The notes beneath the pieces are model-generated. The model worked only from the letters and a program-made list of their open reading frames with translations, was not told where the DNA came from and ran no database searches. A DNA stretch of 64,000 nt from Candidatus Nanosyncoccus sp. (GTDB taxonomy: Bacteria; Patescibacteriota; Saccharimonadia; Saccharimonadales; Saccharimonadaceae): the NCBI GenBank assembly GCA_045587885.1, contig JAZNDC010000030.1:1628-65627 (forward strand), written 5' to 3'. Shown here one piece after another: positions 47,875 to 57,913 of the stretch; the first letter of the stretch is position 1; the number at the start of each line of letters is the position of its first letter. The position numbers and the translations under genes were made by a program.

Positions 47875-48717
47875 ATGGATCCGTCATACAATAATTCTTT
47901 TGGCAGTTTTAGTTCTGGTGGTGGGCAAACACCTCAGCCTGTTATGAGTCCGGTTGGTGGGGATATTACGTTGCCTGCTAGTCAGCCTGTGAAGAAGAAA
48001 AAGACTGGGCTGGTGATTATTTTGGTTATCTTAGTTTTGGGTCTGTGTGTAGTAGCTGCTATATTTTTGGTGCCAAATTTTGGAAAAGGCGGGGCATCAG
48101 GGGGCAATGATGCAATTGAAAAATACAAAAATTTAGTTTTATATGGTGATGAAAACAAAAGTAGCAGTGAAGAGTCGGGAATTTATTTTGAGGTGAATTA
48201 CCATAAAGGCGATATTACTTCGTGGCAAGAATACAATGATAAACTTGTAAACGCGTTGGACTCGGTGGAAAAATCAAATAGCGAGCTAAGTGGAACGGTT
48301 TCTCTACAAAAGGCTTTTTTGAAGATGTTGACGAAAAACAAAGTAATGGATGGTAACGAATTCAATGTCTTTTTGGAAAAGTATATTGAAGGTAAAGAAT
48401 CGTTAATGAATGCGTATATTGAGGGCGAATATGGAGAGCTGAAGAGTGTAGATAATGGTTATGTACAAGAGTATTATTATAGGATAATAGATTTGTCGAT
48501 GAGTGTCTTAGACTATATTGGTGTGCTTCAAGAAGAAGGCTGTACTAATTATTCACTTGAAGCACTTGCCGAGTGTGTTTCTTCAGAAGAAACTTGGAAC
48601 AATATTGATTTGATTATGGATAAAAGCTTTTCCTATGTAAATAGTTCTGATAATGAGATGGCGTTTGTGTTGCCAAATTATCTTCAACTTGTTAATGAGA
48701 TGGGGAATAAAGAATGA
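47875..48717 (+). CDS. Single-TM membrane protein
   Basis: KKKK followed by a hydrophobic helix; overlaps downstream gene by 4 nt. Confidence 0.7.
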   Translation: MDPSYNNSFGSFSSGGGQTPQPVMSPVGGDITLPASQPVKKKKTGLVIILVILVLGLCVVAAIFLVPNFGKGGASGGNDAIEKYKNLVLYGDENKSSSEESGIYFEVNYHKGDITSWQEYNDKLVNALDSVEKSNSELSGTVSLQKAFLKMLTKNKVMDGNEFNVFLEKYIEGKESLMNAYIEGEYGELKSVDNGYVQEYYYRIIDLSMSVLDYIGVLQEEGCTNYSLEALAECVSSEETWNNIDLIMDKSFSYVNSSDNEMAFVLPNYLQLVNEMGNKE

Positions 48718-51700
48718 ATAAATTGACTGGCGTTATCAAAAAAATAGGGGCTTGGGTTATTACTGTTGGTTTTTCAATGTTTGTTGTATTTCTTGTCTTA
48801 AGCAACAATGCATCCGCTGCGCTGCCATCCGAAAGCAGTACTATAGCTGCCAAGGCTTATTACAGAGATGTGTTTAACTGCTATCTGTCGGATAGTTGGC
48901 TAAAGAATGAGATTACGGTTGGGGAATTTTCTGGTAGACTAGAGAGTTTGGTACGGGATTCATCTAGTGTGGATGCCGTGAAGCAACCTGGGATTGGTGA
49001 TGAGAATACTAAGATTGGGTGCGGGACACTTATTTCATCGAAAGTTGCTAATGCGTTTGGCCCATATTCTACTTCTACTAATCCAAGTATACTGGAGCCC
49101 CGTCTTACGAAAGCATACTATGCATTTGTGGGGGGGTCTCGAGCCTCTAGTGCATCTTGTGCTGAATTTCCATTAAAATATGTTCTTTCAGAATATAGTA
49201 GGGCTTTTGGTAGTACTGACTATGTCACTAAAGCGTCTGGTGTGGAATATACGGAAAAGGTATGCGTAGGCGGTGAAAAGGGGGATTATTCTGTTCTTGT
49301 GAGTGGCGATGAGGCACGTATGGGTTGGTCTTCTCACGTATTGAAAATTACTTTTACTCGGTCTAGCCAGGAGATTAATGTAAAAAGATTAGCGGGCAAT
49401 AGAAGCTCGGAGATTGGCGCAGTTCCTATAGGTAACGAAGAAAATGCGGCGAATGTTTTGGCTAAGGTTGGGAATAAAATTGCAGATTTAATTGGTTCTT
49501 ATAGAGATTTAGGAAACTATAGGACAACGCATAACTATATAGGGACTCTGACCAATACGGATAAATATGAGTATTGGTCTGCATGCTCTAACTGGGTTCC
49601 TAGCGAAAATGGTATTAATTGTACGGGCTCTTCGACTGGAGATGGGAGTCCGTATGATATCAGTTTTGATGCTGCTGGCCGAGCAACAGCAAGATATAGA
49701 AAAAAAATTGATGATGACGTCATTAAGCATTTTTCAAATAATCAATACGATGCAAGTTCAATCAAATTTACGGATTTGGAGACCTACGTTTTGTATCAAT
49801 CATATCTGACTGATGTTTATGGTGTAAGTTCCATACGATGTTTTGATGGTGAACAGCATGGACGAGGGGAATACCAGGCACGTTTATATTCGTCGGAATA
49901 TGGCTATACAGATTATTGTTATTTTGATGTGTCAGATAGTAATAAGAGCAAAAAAGTAAATGGCGTGTTCGCTACGAGTAAGTATTGGGGGGATTTGATT
50001 GATTTAGATACGATGATTAGTCGTCTTCATAGCCTTAGACCTGCTGAGCCCCCAGATTCCTTATTGATTGAATCTGGTATTGATGAAGATGGTTCAATTG
50101 ATGATGGTGACGGCGGTGATGGTACTGGCAATACTGACCCTTGTTGGAATTCTGGGATTGATAGTATGGCGTGGGTGCTTTGCCCAGCACAGACGAATTT
50201 GCAATATTTTGCTTCTGGCCTTAGTGGTGCGGTAGACAAGTTCCTCCAGATGGACAGCTCTTTATACGATAACGAGAGTGGTGCACATACTGCCTGGGAG
50301 TATGTAAGGACATTCGCAAATGTTTTGATGATTATTTTCCTTGGTGCGATTATCTTCTCGCAGCTTACTGGCTATGGGATAGACAATTACGGGATTAAGA
50401 AAATCTTGCCAAAATTGGTAGTAATGGCAGTTTTGATTAATCTATCGTTCTTTGTTTGTCAGTTGGTTATAGATTTGTCTAATATTATAGGTAATGGTAT
50501 CCAAGGTTTGTTCTATGGGGTTGGTAATGGGATTCTTGAACGGAGCGAGTTGCGATCAGCAACGGGTGCAATGGAGGATTTTATTGGGAATTTGGTACCT
50601 GCGGTTTATGCGGTAGCTGCTGGCGGGACGGTGGCGATCGGCGCTGCTTCTGCTGCTGTTGCAAGTGGCGGCGGTGTTATGGCGGTATTGCTGATCATAT
50701 TGATGCTTCTTACAATTGCTATTGCAATTTTGGTATTCTTTATTTCGCTTGGTGCCAGAATAGTGATAATTATAATGTGTACCGTGTTAGCACCATTAGC
50801 TTTTGCGTGTTATATTCTACCAAATACGAAGCCTGTGTTTAAGAAGTGGTATGATGCCATGAAGGCAGCCATAGTTATTTATCCAATTTGTGGGGCAGTG
50901 ATGGGGATTGGTTATGTAATTAGAGCTATTTCGGTTACCCAAGAACGTGATTTGGCTTTTGTCGTGATTTCTGGTATTGCGCCATTTTTGCCATTCTTTA
51001 TGATTCCGTCTATGCTCAAGGGCGCGATAAGTGCACTTGGCGTGGTTGGCAATGCTCTTTCTACGATGGGTAACACGTTTAAGAGTAATGTGGGTAAGTC
51101 CGCGGGTGAGGCAAGTAAACAAATTCGTGATAGCGAACCATACAAGAATGCGTCAAGGTTGGCGTCCGAGGGAAGAATGAGACGTAGAGCGGGCATAGAC
51201 GAAAATGGACAGCTGACGAAGCGAGGAGAGAAAAAGGCAGAAAAAGCAAAGAAAAATCCAAAGAGAAGCAGGCTTCAGGCTGCATATATTGCTGCTGCCA
51301 AGAAGAGCGTTGCTGCCGACGAGGAGGCAAGTTCCCAGCTTACAAATGCACTATCTAAGTCTGGGATTGCCGGGCACGGTGGCGATGCAGAAACTTACTA
51401 CAATGAAGAATATGCAAAAGCTGCGAGTAAAGGTGATATTGCTGGTATGAATTCGGTAATAGCGGCTGCTGTTTCGTCTGGTTATTTGAAAGATAAAGAC
51501 ATAGCAAAGATAGTTAGGAATAATATGGGAACGGCAGAGGGTAAAATGAGCAAGGAATCCTTTAATTCTTGGGTGCGTGATTTGGGTGCTAAATATGGAA
51601 ATGGGTTTATGAGCACGGATTTTGAGATGAAACATTGGTCACAGAATGGTGGTAATGGTGGTACGGCCAAGTTGGGGAATTATGGTGATTATGCTACGAC

Positions 51701-52268
51701 TATGGATCGAAGTGACTTTAAGCCTGAAGATTGTGGTAAGTTGTCTAGTGATAGTCTTCTGGGAATGGCCAAAGCTGGAATAATTGACAGCAGTATGGCT
51801 AAGAGTGCTTTGGAAGCTAATCCAAATATGGCCGCTGATAAGAAAGTTATGTACAATGCAATTGCTAATGGAGCGAAAGTTGATTCTGATTTTAAGGCTA
51901 AATGTGATGCGGCATTGCAATTGAAAAATGATGATGACACTATCCTTATTGGGGGCAAAACATTCACAAAGACACAAGTTGATGCGTGGACAGCCGTGAA
52001 ACCACAAGATGTAAATGTGGTACAGAACTTTGCTGGTGGCGGTGGGCAACTTAATCCAGTTGATGTTGCAGTTCAGGGAGAAACATTTAACGTGCGTGAG
52101 GAAGCTCCAGCCAGTGCACCAACAAATCCTGTAGTTGGGAGTTCAAGGGCTGACCATGATACTGGACCTCGCCCAGTTGTTGGTAGCGCAAGGGCTAATG
52201 CTGACGAACAATATGGCAAAAAACCAAAGATACAATTCCGTCCACATGACCCAAATACACCGCGGTAA
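48714..52268 (+). CDS. Large VirB6/TrbL-like membrane protein (1184 aa)
   Basis: Central W..VRTFANVLMIIF...IKKILPKLVVMAVLINLSFF...IDLSN...PLAFACYILPNTKPVFKKW block, flanked by extracellular N-terminus and long hydrophilic tail. Confidence 0.65.
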   Translation: MNKLTGVIKKIGAWVITVGFSMFVVFLVLSNNASAALPSESSTIAAKAYYRDVFNCYLSDSWLKNEITVGEFSGRLESLVRDSSSVDAVKQPGIGDENTKIGCGTLISSKVANAFGPYSTSTNPSILEPRLTKAYYAFVGGSRASSASCAEFPLKYVLSEYSRAFGSTDYVTKASGVEYTEKVCVGGEKGDYSVLVSGDEARMGWSSHVLKITFTRSSQEINVKRLAGNRSSEIGAVPIGNEENAANVLAKVGNKIADLIGSYRDLGNYRTTHNYIGTLTNTDKYEYWSACSNWVPSENGINCTGSSTGDGSPYDISFDAAGRATARYRKKIDDDVIKHFSNNQYDASSIKFTDLETYVLYQSYLTDVYGVSSIRCFDGEQHGRGEYQARLYSSEYGYTDYCYFDVSDSNKSKKVNGVFATSKYWGDLIDLDTMISRLHSLRPAEPPDSLLIESGIDEDGSIDDGDGGDGTGNTDPCWNSGIDSMAWVLCPAQTNLQYFASGLSGAVDKFLQMDSSLYDNESGAHTAWEYVRTFANVLMIIFLGAIIFSQLTGYGIDNYGIKKILPKLVVMAVLINLSFFVCQLVIDLSNIIGNGIQGLFYGVGNGILERSELRSATGAMEDFIGNLVPAVYAVAAGGTVAIGAASAAVASGGGVMAVLLIILMLLTIAIAILVFFISLGARIVIIIMCTVLAPLAFACYILPNTKPVFKKWYDAMKAAIVIYPICGAVMGIGYVIRAISVTQERDLAFVVISGIAPFLPFFMIPSMLKGAISALGVVGNALSTMGNTFKSNVGKSAGEASKQIRDSEPYKNASRLASEGRMRRRAGIDENGQLTKRGEKKAEKAKKNPKRSRLQAAYIAAAKKSVAADEEASSQLTNALSKSGIAGHGGDAETYYNEEYAKAASKGDIAGMNSVIAAAVSSGYLKDKDIAKIVRNNMGTAEGKMSKESFNSWVRDLGAKYGNGFMSTDFEMKHWSQNGGNGGTAKLGNYGDYATTMDRSDFKPEDCGKLSSDSLLGMAKAGIIDSSMAKSALEANPNMAADKKVMYNAIANGAKVDSDFKAKCDAALQLKNDDDTILIGGKTFTKTQVDAWTAVKPQDVNVVQNFAGGGGQLNPVDVAVQGETFNVREEAPASAPTNPVVGSSRADHDTGPRPVVGSARANADEQYGKKPKIQFRPHDPNTPR

Positions 52269-52279
52269 AATAAAACAGT

Positions 52280-53053
52280 TTAAGCGGCGTTTAATATGTG
52301 ATCGAATAAGCAGGTGACGGTGAGGGGGCCGACACCACCGAGGATTGGGGTGATGGCAGTGAGGTCTGTGCGTTCACGGACCTCATTTGCTACGTCGCCT
52401 TTTAATACGCCGTCTTCGGATGCGGTGCCGGCGTCTACTATCACGGCACCTGGTTTTACCATTTCATTTGTGATGAGTCCTGGTTTGCCGGTGGCAGTGA
52501 CGATAACGTCATAATCTTTAAGAATAGTGAGGTCGTCGCCACGGTGGAACATCGCTACATTATAGCCGGAGTTTTGCCACATTTTTAGAAGTGGAGCGCC
52601 GACGAGTTTGCCGCGACCAACGATAGCAATTTTGGCACTATCTAGTTTGATGTCATAGCCGGCGAGGAGCCAGTTGATAGCGGTGGCGGTGGCAGAGTCA
52701 TAATTGCCTTTGCCACTGAGACCATCTACGTCTTTTTCTGGTGCGATTAATGCGGTGAGTTCGTCGGTTTTGTCTCTTTCTATGATTGGGAGCTGGAGAA
52801 TAATTCCGGAGATGGTTTTGTCTTTATTTGCTTCGGTGATTTTTGCGGCGATATCATCTGAATCTTTGGCGCGGTAGTCGATAACTTTTACACCGATATC
52901 TTCGCCGTAGCGGATTTTGAGATTTACATACTTGGTAATCACAGGATTGTCACTATCGCGAATGATGAGGAGCGTGGCGTGCTTGCTACGCGCCACGTGC
53001 GCCTGGCGTTCCTTGATAAAACCAGCGAGTTCACGACCGTTTAACTCTTTCAT
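52280..53053 (-). CDS. folD: Bifunctional methylenetetrahydrofolate dehydrogenase/cyclohydrolase
   Basis: MKELNGRELA, GIILQLP, PEKDVDG, VGRGKLVGAP, ITPILGGVGPLT. Confidence 0.95.
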   Translation of the reverse strand: MKELNGRELAGFIKERQAHVARSKHATLLIIRDSDNPVITKYVNLKIRYGEDIGVKVIDYRAKDSDDIAAKITEANKDKTISGIILQLPIIERDKTDELTALIAPEKDVDGLSGKGNYDSATATAINWLLAGYDIKLDSAKIAIVGRGKLVGAPLLKMWQNSGYNVAMFHRGDDLTILKDYDVIVTATGKPGLITNEMVKPGAVIVDAGTASEDGVLKGDVANEVRERTDLTAITPILGGVGPLTVTCLFDHILNAA

Positions 53054-54048
53054 AATATCTCCACTGGCTCCTGCTCGAGTCTGTAGCCAAAATCTTTGTA
53101 GACTTTTTCGATGATTTCGGCGCGAGCGACGGCGAGGTCTTGATAGCTTTTGGCGGATTCGTTGATGAGGACGAGTGCGGCCTTTGGATTTACATACATG
53201 CCGTGAAGAGTTTTGCCAGAAAAGCCGGCCTTTTCGATGAGCCAACCGGAATTGATTTTGAGACCGTCGTGGCCGTGGTAGACTGGATATTCTTTTGCCT
53301 CGGCGTCTTTTGCTTCTTCTTCGGTGAGGTAAACATTTTTGAAGAATGAGCCAGAGCTGGCGTGCTCGGCTGGGTCTGGAAGTTTGTCGCCACGGATTTC
53401 GCTGACGATTTTTCTGATGCCTTTTGGTGAGAAATCTGTGGTGCCAGTTGCGGCGATGTATTTTTCAATGGAATTATAAAATGGGCGTTGCATTTTGCCG
53501 ACGTGAAGTTCTAACGTGATGGAGATTACAAAATAGCGACCTTTTTCTTCGGTATTTAGGATGCTTTTTCTGTAGGAGAATTTGAAGTCTTCTTTATTTA
53601 GAGTTTTGAATTCGCCGGTTTTGGTGTCGTAGACTCTAGCGGAGACGAAAGTATCGGAAACATCTTGACCGTAGGCGCCAATGTTTTGAGCTGGTGCTGC
53701 GCCGGCGGAGCCTGGAATTTTGCTAAGGGCTTCAATACCGGTAAGGTCGCGTTCTACAGCAAAAGCGACTACGTCATCCCAAACTTCGCCACCTTGGGCT
53801 GTAAGTTTGTCGCCTACGAGTGCGATGCCGAGCATTTTGTTTGTAATGATTACGCCATCGTAGCCTTCGTCGTGACCGATGGTGTTGGCGCCGCCGCCAA
53901 GGATAAAGACTGGCAAGGATTTTTCTTTTGCGAAATTATAAGCTTCTGGGATTTCTTCTTCTTTTTCGATTTCAATCACATAGCGTGCCGGCCCACCGAG
54001 ACGCATTGTGGTTAGTGAAGAAATTGGAATGTTTTCGCGAATTTTCAT
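53050..54048 (-). CDS. murB: UDP-N-acetylmuramate dehydrogenase
   Basis: TTMRLGGPA, LGGGANTI, IPGSAGAAPAQNIGAYG, FSYRKS, SGSFFKN, LEQEP. Confidence 0.95.
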   Translation of the reverse strand: MKIRENIPISSLTTMRLGGPARYVIEIEKEEEIPEAYNFAKEKSLPVFILGGGANTIGHDEGYDGVIITNKMLGIALVGDKLTAQGGEVWDDVVAFAVERDLTGIEALSKIPGSAGAAPAQNIGAYGQDVSDTFVSARVYDTKTGEFKTLNKEDFKFSYRKSILNTEEKGRYFVISITLELHVGKMQRPFYNSIEKYIAATGTTDFSPKGIRKIVSEIRGDKLPDPAEHASSGSFFKNVYLTEEEAKDAEAKEYPVYHGHDGLKINSGWLIEKAGFSGKTLHGMYVNPKAALVLINESAKSYQDLAVARAEIIEKVYKDFGYRLEQEPVEIL

Positions 54049-54210
54049 GTTGTTATTATAACATTTTTGACTGCCGCTATAAAGCGCAAGCTCGTTTGGC
54101 GGGGGACGGTGGGGGTTGTAAATAAAATTGGGGTGTGCTATACAGGGGCACAAGGTGGGTGACAGCTGTTCAAAAATAATATATAATAAACAAAAGAAAG
54201 AGGTAAAATT

Positions 54211-55236
54211 ATGGCAAAAAAGGATGCGGTGGCAGAAAATAAAAACGATAAGTCCGACGGAAAGTCCGAAGCGTTGAAGCTTGCAATTTCGCAAATTACC
54301 AAGCAATTTGGTGACGGCTCTATTATGAAACTTGGTGAGACGCCAAAAATGGATGTGGAACTTCTTCCTTCTGGGTCTCTTGCATTGGATTTGGCGCTTG
54401 GTGGTGGTTATCCAAAAGGACGTATTATTGAAATTTATGGGCCTGAATCTTCTGGTAAGACAACATTGGCGCTTCACGCAATTGCAGAGATTCAAAAGCA
54501 AGGTGGACAGGCTGCATTTATCGATGCAGAGCATGCTCTAGACCCAGCTTACGCCAAGAAAATTGGTGTGGATACAGCCAATTTGTTGATTTCGCAGCCA
54601 GATAATGGTGAGCAAGCGCTCGAGATTTGTGAAACTTTGGTGCGCTCTAATGCGGTAGATCTCATTGTAGTGGACTCCGTGGCAGCACTTGTACCACAAG
54701 CTGAAATTGACGGCGAGATGGGCGATGCACAAATGGGCCTTCAGGCGAGATTGATGAGCCAGGCAATGCGTAAGCTTACTGGTATTATTTCCAAGTCTAA
54801 AGCAACCGTGATCTTCATTAACCAAATTCGTATGAAGATTGGCGTGATGTTTGGTAATCCAGAAACAACTACTGGTGGTAATGCGCTTAAATTCTATACG
54901 TCTGTGCGTATTGATATTCGTCGTATCGGGCAGATTAAAGATGGCGAGAACATTGCTGGTAACCGTACTAAGATTAAGGTGGTAAAGAATAAAATTGCAG
55001 CACCATTCCGTACTGCTGAGTTTGATATTATGTACAACGAAGGCATTTCTAAGACTGGTGACGTACTGGACCTCGGTATTCAATATGGTATTCTCGAGAA
55101 GGCTGGTGCGTTTATTAAATATAATGGTGAAACAATTGGCCAAGGTCGCGAAGCAGTGAAAAAGATTTTCCGCGATGATCCAAAATTGATGGCAGAGATT
55201 GAAAAGAAAGTTCGCGAGCAAGCAAAGGCAGACTAA
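54211..55236 (+). CDS. recA: Recombinase RecA
   Basis: [53 protein letters not shown]. Confidence 0.99.
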   Translation: MAKKDAVAENKNDKSDGKSEALKLAISQITKQFGDGSIMKLGETPKMDVELLPSGSLALDLALGGGYPKGRIIEIYGPESSGKTTLALHAIAEIQKQGGQAAFIDAEHALDPAYAKKIGVDTANLLISQPDNGEQALEICETLVRSNAVDLIVVDSVAALVPQAEIDGEMGDAQMGLQARLMSQAMRKLTGIISKSKATVIFINQIRMKIGVMFGNPETTTGGNALKFYTSVRIDIRRIGQIKDGENIAGNRTKIKVVKNKIAAPFRTAEFDIMYNEGISKTGDVLDLGIQYGILEKAGAFIKYNGETIGQGREAVKKIFRDDPKLMAEIEKKVREQAKAD

Positions 55237-55788
55237 ATGGAACATCCAGGCGAGATTTGGCAGGAGTATGATTTTAATGGGGAAAGGCTCGGGGGGATAG
55301 AGCCGGATAAGTGTGATTTTGATGCGATTCATCTTATGGGTGGCGTAGCGTTGATGCTTTATCGTGTGCGCGATGGCGAAGTAGAATTTCTTTTCCAACA
55401 CCGTTCCAAATTATTGCGAGCAAATCCAGATAAGTGGGATGTATCTGCGGGTGGTCACGTAAATTTGGACGAGCCAGTGGTTGATGCGCTTGTTCGTGAG
55501 ACACGTGAAGAAATTGGTGTTGATATAGATAAAAACAAAGTTGAATACGCCATGACATATCTTCGCTGGAAGGTATTGATACATTTGTATTATTATGATT
55601 GGGGTGACAGGCTGGACGAGTTTTCTTTTGATGACCAAGAAGTCGAAGAAGTAAAATGGGTAAAATATTCTGAGTTAAAAGATTTTTATTCAAATTTGAA
55701 ATGGTCTGATTATGGAGAAGACAAGTTCTTTACGTTGAGTATTGAAGAATTGAAAAATAGAGTTTTGGAAAAAAGTGGAAATATATAA
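55237..55788 (+). CDS. NUDIX hydrolase
   Basis: SAGGHVNLDEPVVDALVRETREEIG Nudix box. Confidence 0.9.
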   Translation: MEHPGEIWQEYDFNGERLGGIEPDKCDFDAIHLMGGVALMLYRVRDGEVEFLFQHRSKLLRANPDKWDVSAGGHVNLDEPVVDALVRETREEIGVDIDKNKVEYAMTYLRWKVLIHLYYYDWGDRLDEFSFDDQEVEEVKWVKYSELKDFYSNLKWSDYGEDKFFTLSIEELKNRVLEKSGNI

Positions 55789-56524
55789 GATAAAAGATTT
55801 TGAAAAAGTGGATGAGGCGGATGCGGGTTCGACATCGATGGAACTTCGGATTACGGATATTCGGCAGGCGGTGAAAAATGAAAATCGCGTGAATGTTTTT
55901 GTGAATGATAAATACTCGTTTTCGCTTGATATTTCGCAAGTAGTGGATATGCATATTAAAAAGGGGATGGTACTATGCGAGGCTCAACTTGAGGAGTATA
56001 AAAAAGCGAGTGAATTTGGAAAACTGTATCAAAGGACTTTGGAATGGGTGCTTGCGCGCCCACATTCGGAACGAGAAGTAAGAGACTATCTGTACAGAAA
56101 GCTCAAAACATCTTCTTCGGGACGCTCCTCGCGCCCGTCTTCACGGGGCTCGTCGCTGCGTCCTCGTAGCGACTGCGGATGCCCCTCAGAAGACGTTTCT
56201 GAGCTTTCCAATAAAATCATCTCCAAACTGCTCTCCAAAGGATATATTGATGATACTAGATTTGCTCAATACTATGTGGAAAATCGGTTTGTGAAGAAGG
56301 GCGTGTCGCAAAAGAGATTAGCAATGGAGCTGACTAAAAAAGGTGTGACGCGTGAGATAATTGATTCTGTTTTGGACGTGCGAAATGATGAAGAAGAGAT
56401 CAAAAAGATTATTGCAAAAAAACGTGCGAAATACGATGATGAAAAACTTATTCAGTATCTGTGTCGGCAGGGGTTTGATTATCAGTTGACGCAGGAGATT
56501 GTTCGGTCTTACGGAACGGATTAA
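55775..56524 (+). CDS. recX: Recombination regulator RecX, with internal insertion
   Basis: RPHSEREVRDYL, GYIDDTRFAQYYV, KLIQYLCRQGF; located downstream of recA. Confidence 0.88.
   Translation: MEIYKIKDFEKVDEADAGSTSMELRITDIRQAVKNENRVNVFVNDKYSFSLDISQVVDMHIKKGMVLCEAQLEEYKKASEFGKLYQRTLEWVLARPHSEREVRDYLYRKLKTSSSGRSSRPSSRGSSLRPRSDCGCPSEDVSELSNKIISKLLSKGYIDDTRFAQYYVENRFVKKGVSQKRLAMELTKKGVTREIIDSVLDVRNDEEEIKKIIAKKRAKYDDEKLIQYLCRQGFDYQLTQEIVRSYGTD
56101..56204. repeat. GC-rich palindromic element in frame within recX
   Basis: Outer stem gctcaaaacatcttct / agaagacgtttctgagc; inner hairpins gcccgt..acggggc and gtcgctgcg..cgtagcgac. Confidence 0.75.
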
Positions 56525-57059
56525 CGAAGTTTGGCACAAAATCTTCGTGTTCAGCCTTTTGTTTGATGACTTTTTCTTCGTCTTTTACAATAATCTTGTA
56601 GTCTGTAACTTCGACGATTTCTTTGCGTGGGATAGTGAGTTCTGGATCCATGAGGCTTTTGAGCATTGGGCGCTTGACGATGATTTGTTGAACGGTGAAA
56701 TTATCGTCCGTAACCGTATAATCTGAGACTTTGCCGAGTTTACTGCCTTTTTTGGTTTCGACTTTGAGGTTAATAAGACTGAAATTCAATTTTAAGACTT
56801 CGGAAATTCTAATGACGTCGTCTGGTTCGACGAGTTCGTCTACGGAATCTATAACCATGCCATAGCGGGAATATTCGCGGATAGATTTGACGTCTAGAAT
56901 GTTTGCGGTGGATTTACCAATTACGCCACCAGAGAGACGGAAGGCGATAATTTTGAGAGAATCTGGGTCTACGATAGCTGATTCCACTGTGGCAATTTGC
57001 GCGGTGGCTTGCATGCTAAGAACTGGTGTGCCGATGAGGCGATTTGCTGACACTAACAT
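56448..57059 (-). CDS. Tandem PRC-barrel domain protein
   Basis: LIGTPVLS...IVDPDSLKIIAF and LKVETKKGSKLGKVSDY repeats. Confidence 0.8.
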   Translation of the reverse strand: MLVSANRLIGTPVLSMQATAQIATVESAIVDPDSLKIIAFRLSGGVIGKSTANILDVKSIREYSRYGMVIDSVDELVEPDDVIRISEVLKLNFSLINLKVETKKGSKLGKVSDYTVTDDNFTVQQIIVKRPMLKSLMDPELTIPRKEIVEVTDYKIIVKDEEKVIKQKAEHEDFVPNFVNPFRKTEQSPASTDNQTPADTDTE

Positions 57060-57078
57060 AAGCTAATTATAGCACAAT

Positions 57079-57870
57079 TTATAAAGTAATTTGGCGAGCG
57101 TCTTTGACGTCGTAGTCGGCGATTTTGGTGCGGCGGAGAGCGGTGAGGTAGGCACCAGTGCCAAGAGCTTTGCCGATATCTTCGGCGAGAGTACGAATAT
57201 AGGTGCCAGAAGAAACGCGGCAACGTATTTTTAGTTCTGGGTAATTGTAGTCTAGGATATCAATACCATAGATGGTAACTTTGCGGGATGGAATTTCGAA
57301 ATCTGCGCCCTTGCGAGCGAGTTTGTAGGCACGTTCCCCGTTAATTTTAATTGCACTGAAGCGCGGTGGAGTTTGCTCTACTTCACCGATGAAAGAGTTG
57401 ATAACAGAAATAATTTTTTCTAAACTCGGATAGTATTCGCGCGGGTTTATTTTTACAACATGTTCTGCCTCTGAAAAATTCTTTATGCTGGCTTTGCCAG
57501 CGGAATTTTCCAGAGGTGAAATGTTGTAAAAATCCGGCGAATCACTCAACTTCTCTTGACGAGAAGTTTCGCCATGTTTAGAAAAAATTACTTCTGTTAA
57601 CTCTCCTTCAGGGTCTCCGGTAGTGGAGGTATAGCCAAGCTTCAGTGTGGCTTCGTAGACTTTGTCGTGTTTTAAGAATTCATTGGAGCGTTTAGTCATT
57701 TTGCCGGAGAGAAGGATGAGAAGGCCAGTGGCAAAAGGGTCAAGGGTGCCGGTGTGGCCGAGCTTAACTTTGTGACCAAATTGGTCGCGGAGTTCGCGAC
57801 GTACGCGCGCAACTACGCCAAAGCTAGAAATGCCGGCAGGTTTGTCTACTAAAATGATTTGGTCTTCCAT
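57079..57870 (-). CDS. truB: tRNA pseudouridine(55) synthase TruB, with internal insertion
   Basis: VDKPAGISSF, KLGHTGTLDPFATGLL, QTPPRFSAIKING.RAY.LAR, VSSGTYIRTL, LRRTKI. Confidence 0.95.
   Translation of the reverse strand: MEDQIILVDKPAGISSFGVVARVRRELRDQFGHKVKLGHTGTLDPFATGLLILLSGKMTKRSNEFLKHDKVYEATLKLGYTSTTGDPEGELTEVIFSKHGETSRQEKLSDSPDFYNISPLENSAGKASIKNFSEAEHVVKINPREYYPSLEKIISVINSFIGEVEQTPPRFSAIKINGERAYKLARKGADFEIPSRKVTIYGIDILDYNYPELKIRCRVSSGTYIRTLAEDIGKALGTGAYLTALRRTKIADYDVKDARQITL
57434..57573. repeat. Palindromic element in frame within truB
   Basis: atttttacaacat...cctctgaaaaattc / gaattttccagagg...atgttgtaaaaat around gctggc-ttt-gccagc; second hairpin aacttctc-ttgac-gagaagtt. Confidence 0.85.
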
Positions 57871-57913
57871 TGCCACATATTTTAACATTTTTTGGGTCTT
57901 TTGAAAAAAGCTA

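Noticed and set aside
54538-55401. 287-aa minus-strand ORF and similar long antisense ORFs (e.g. 5039-5467, 30407-30991, 43102-43605, 58341-59138)
   Set aside because: Shadow frames of well-supported plus-strand genes, with no recognisable motifs or start signals.
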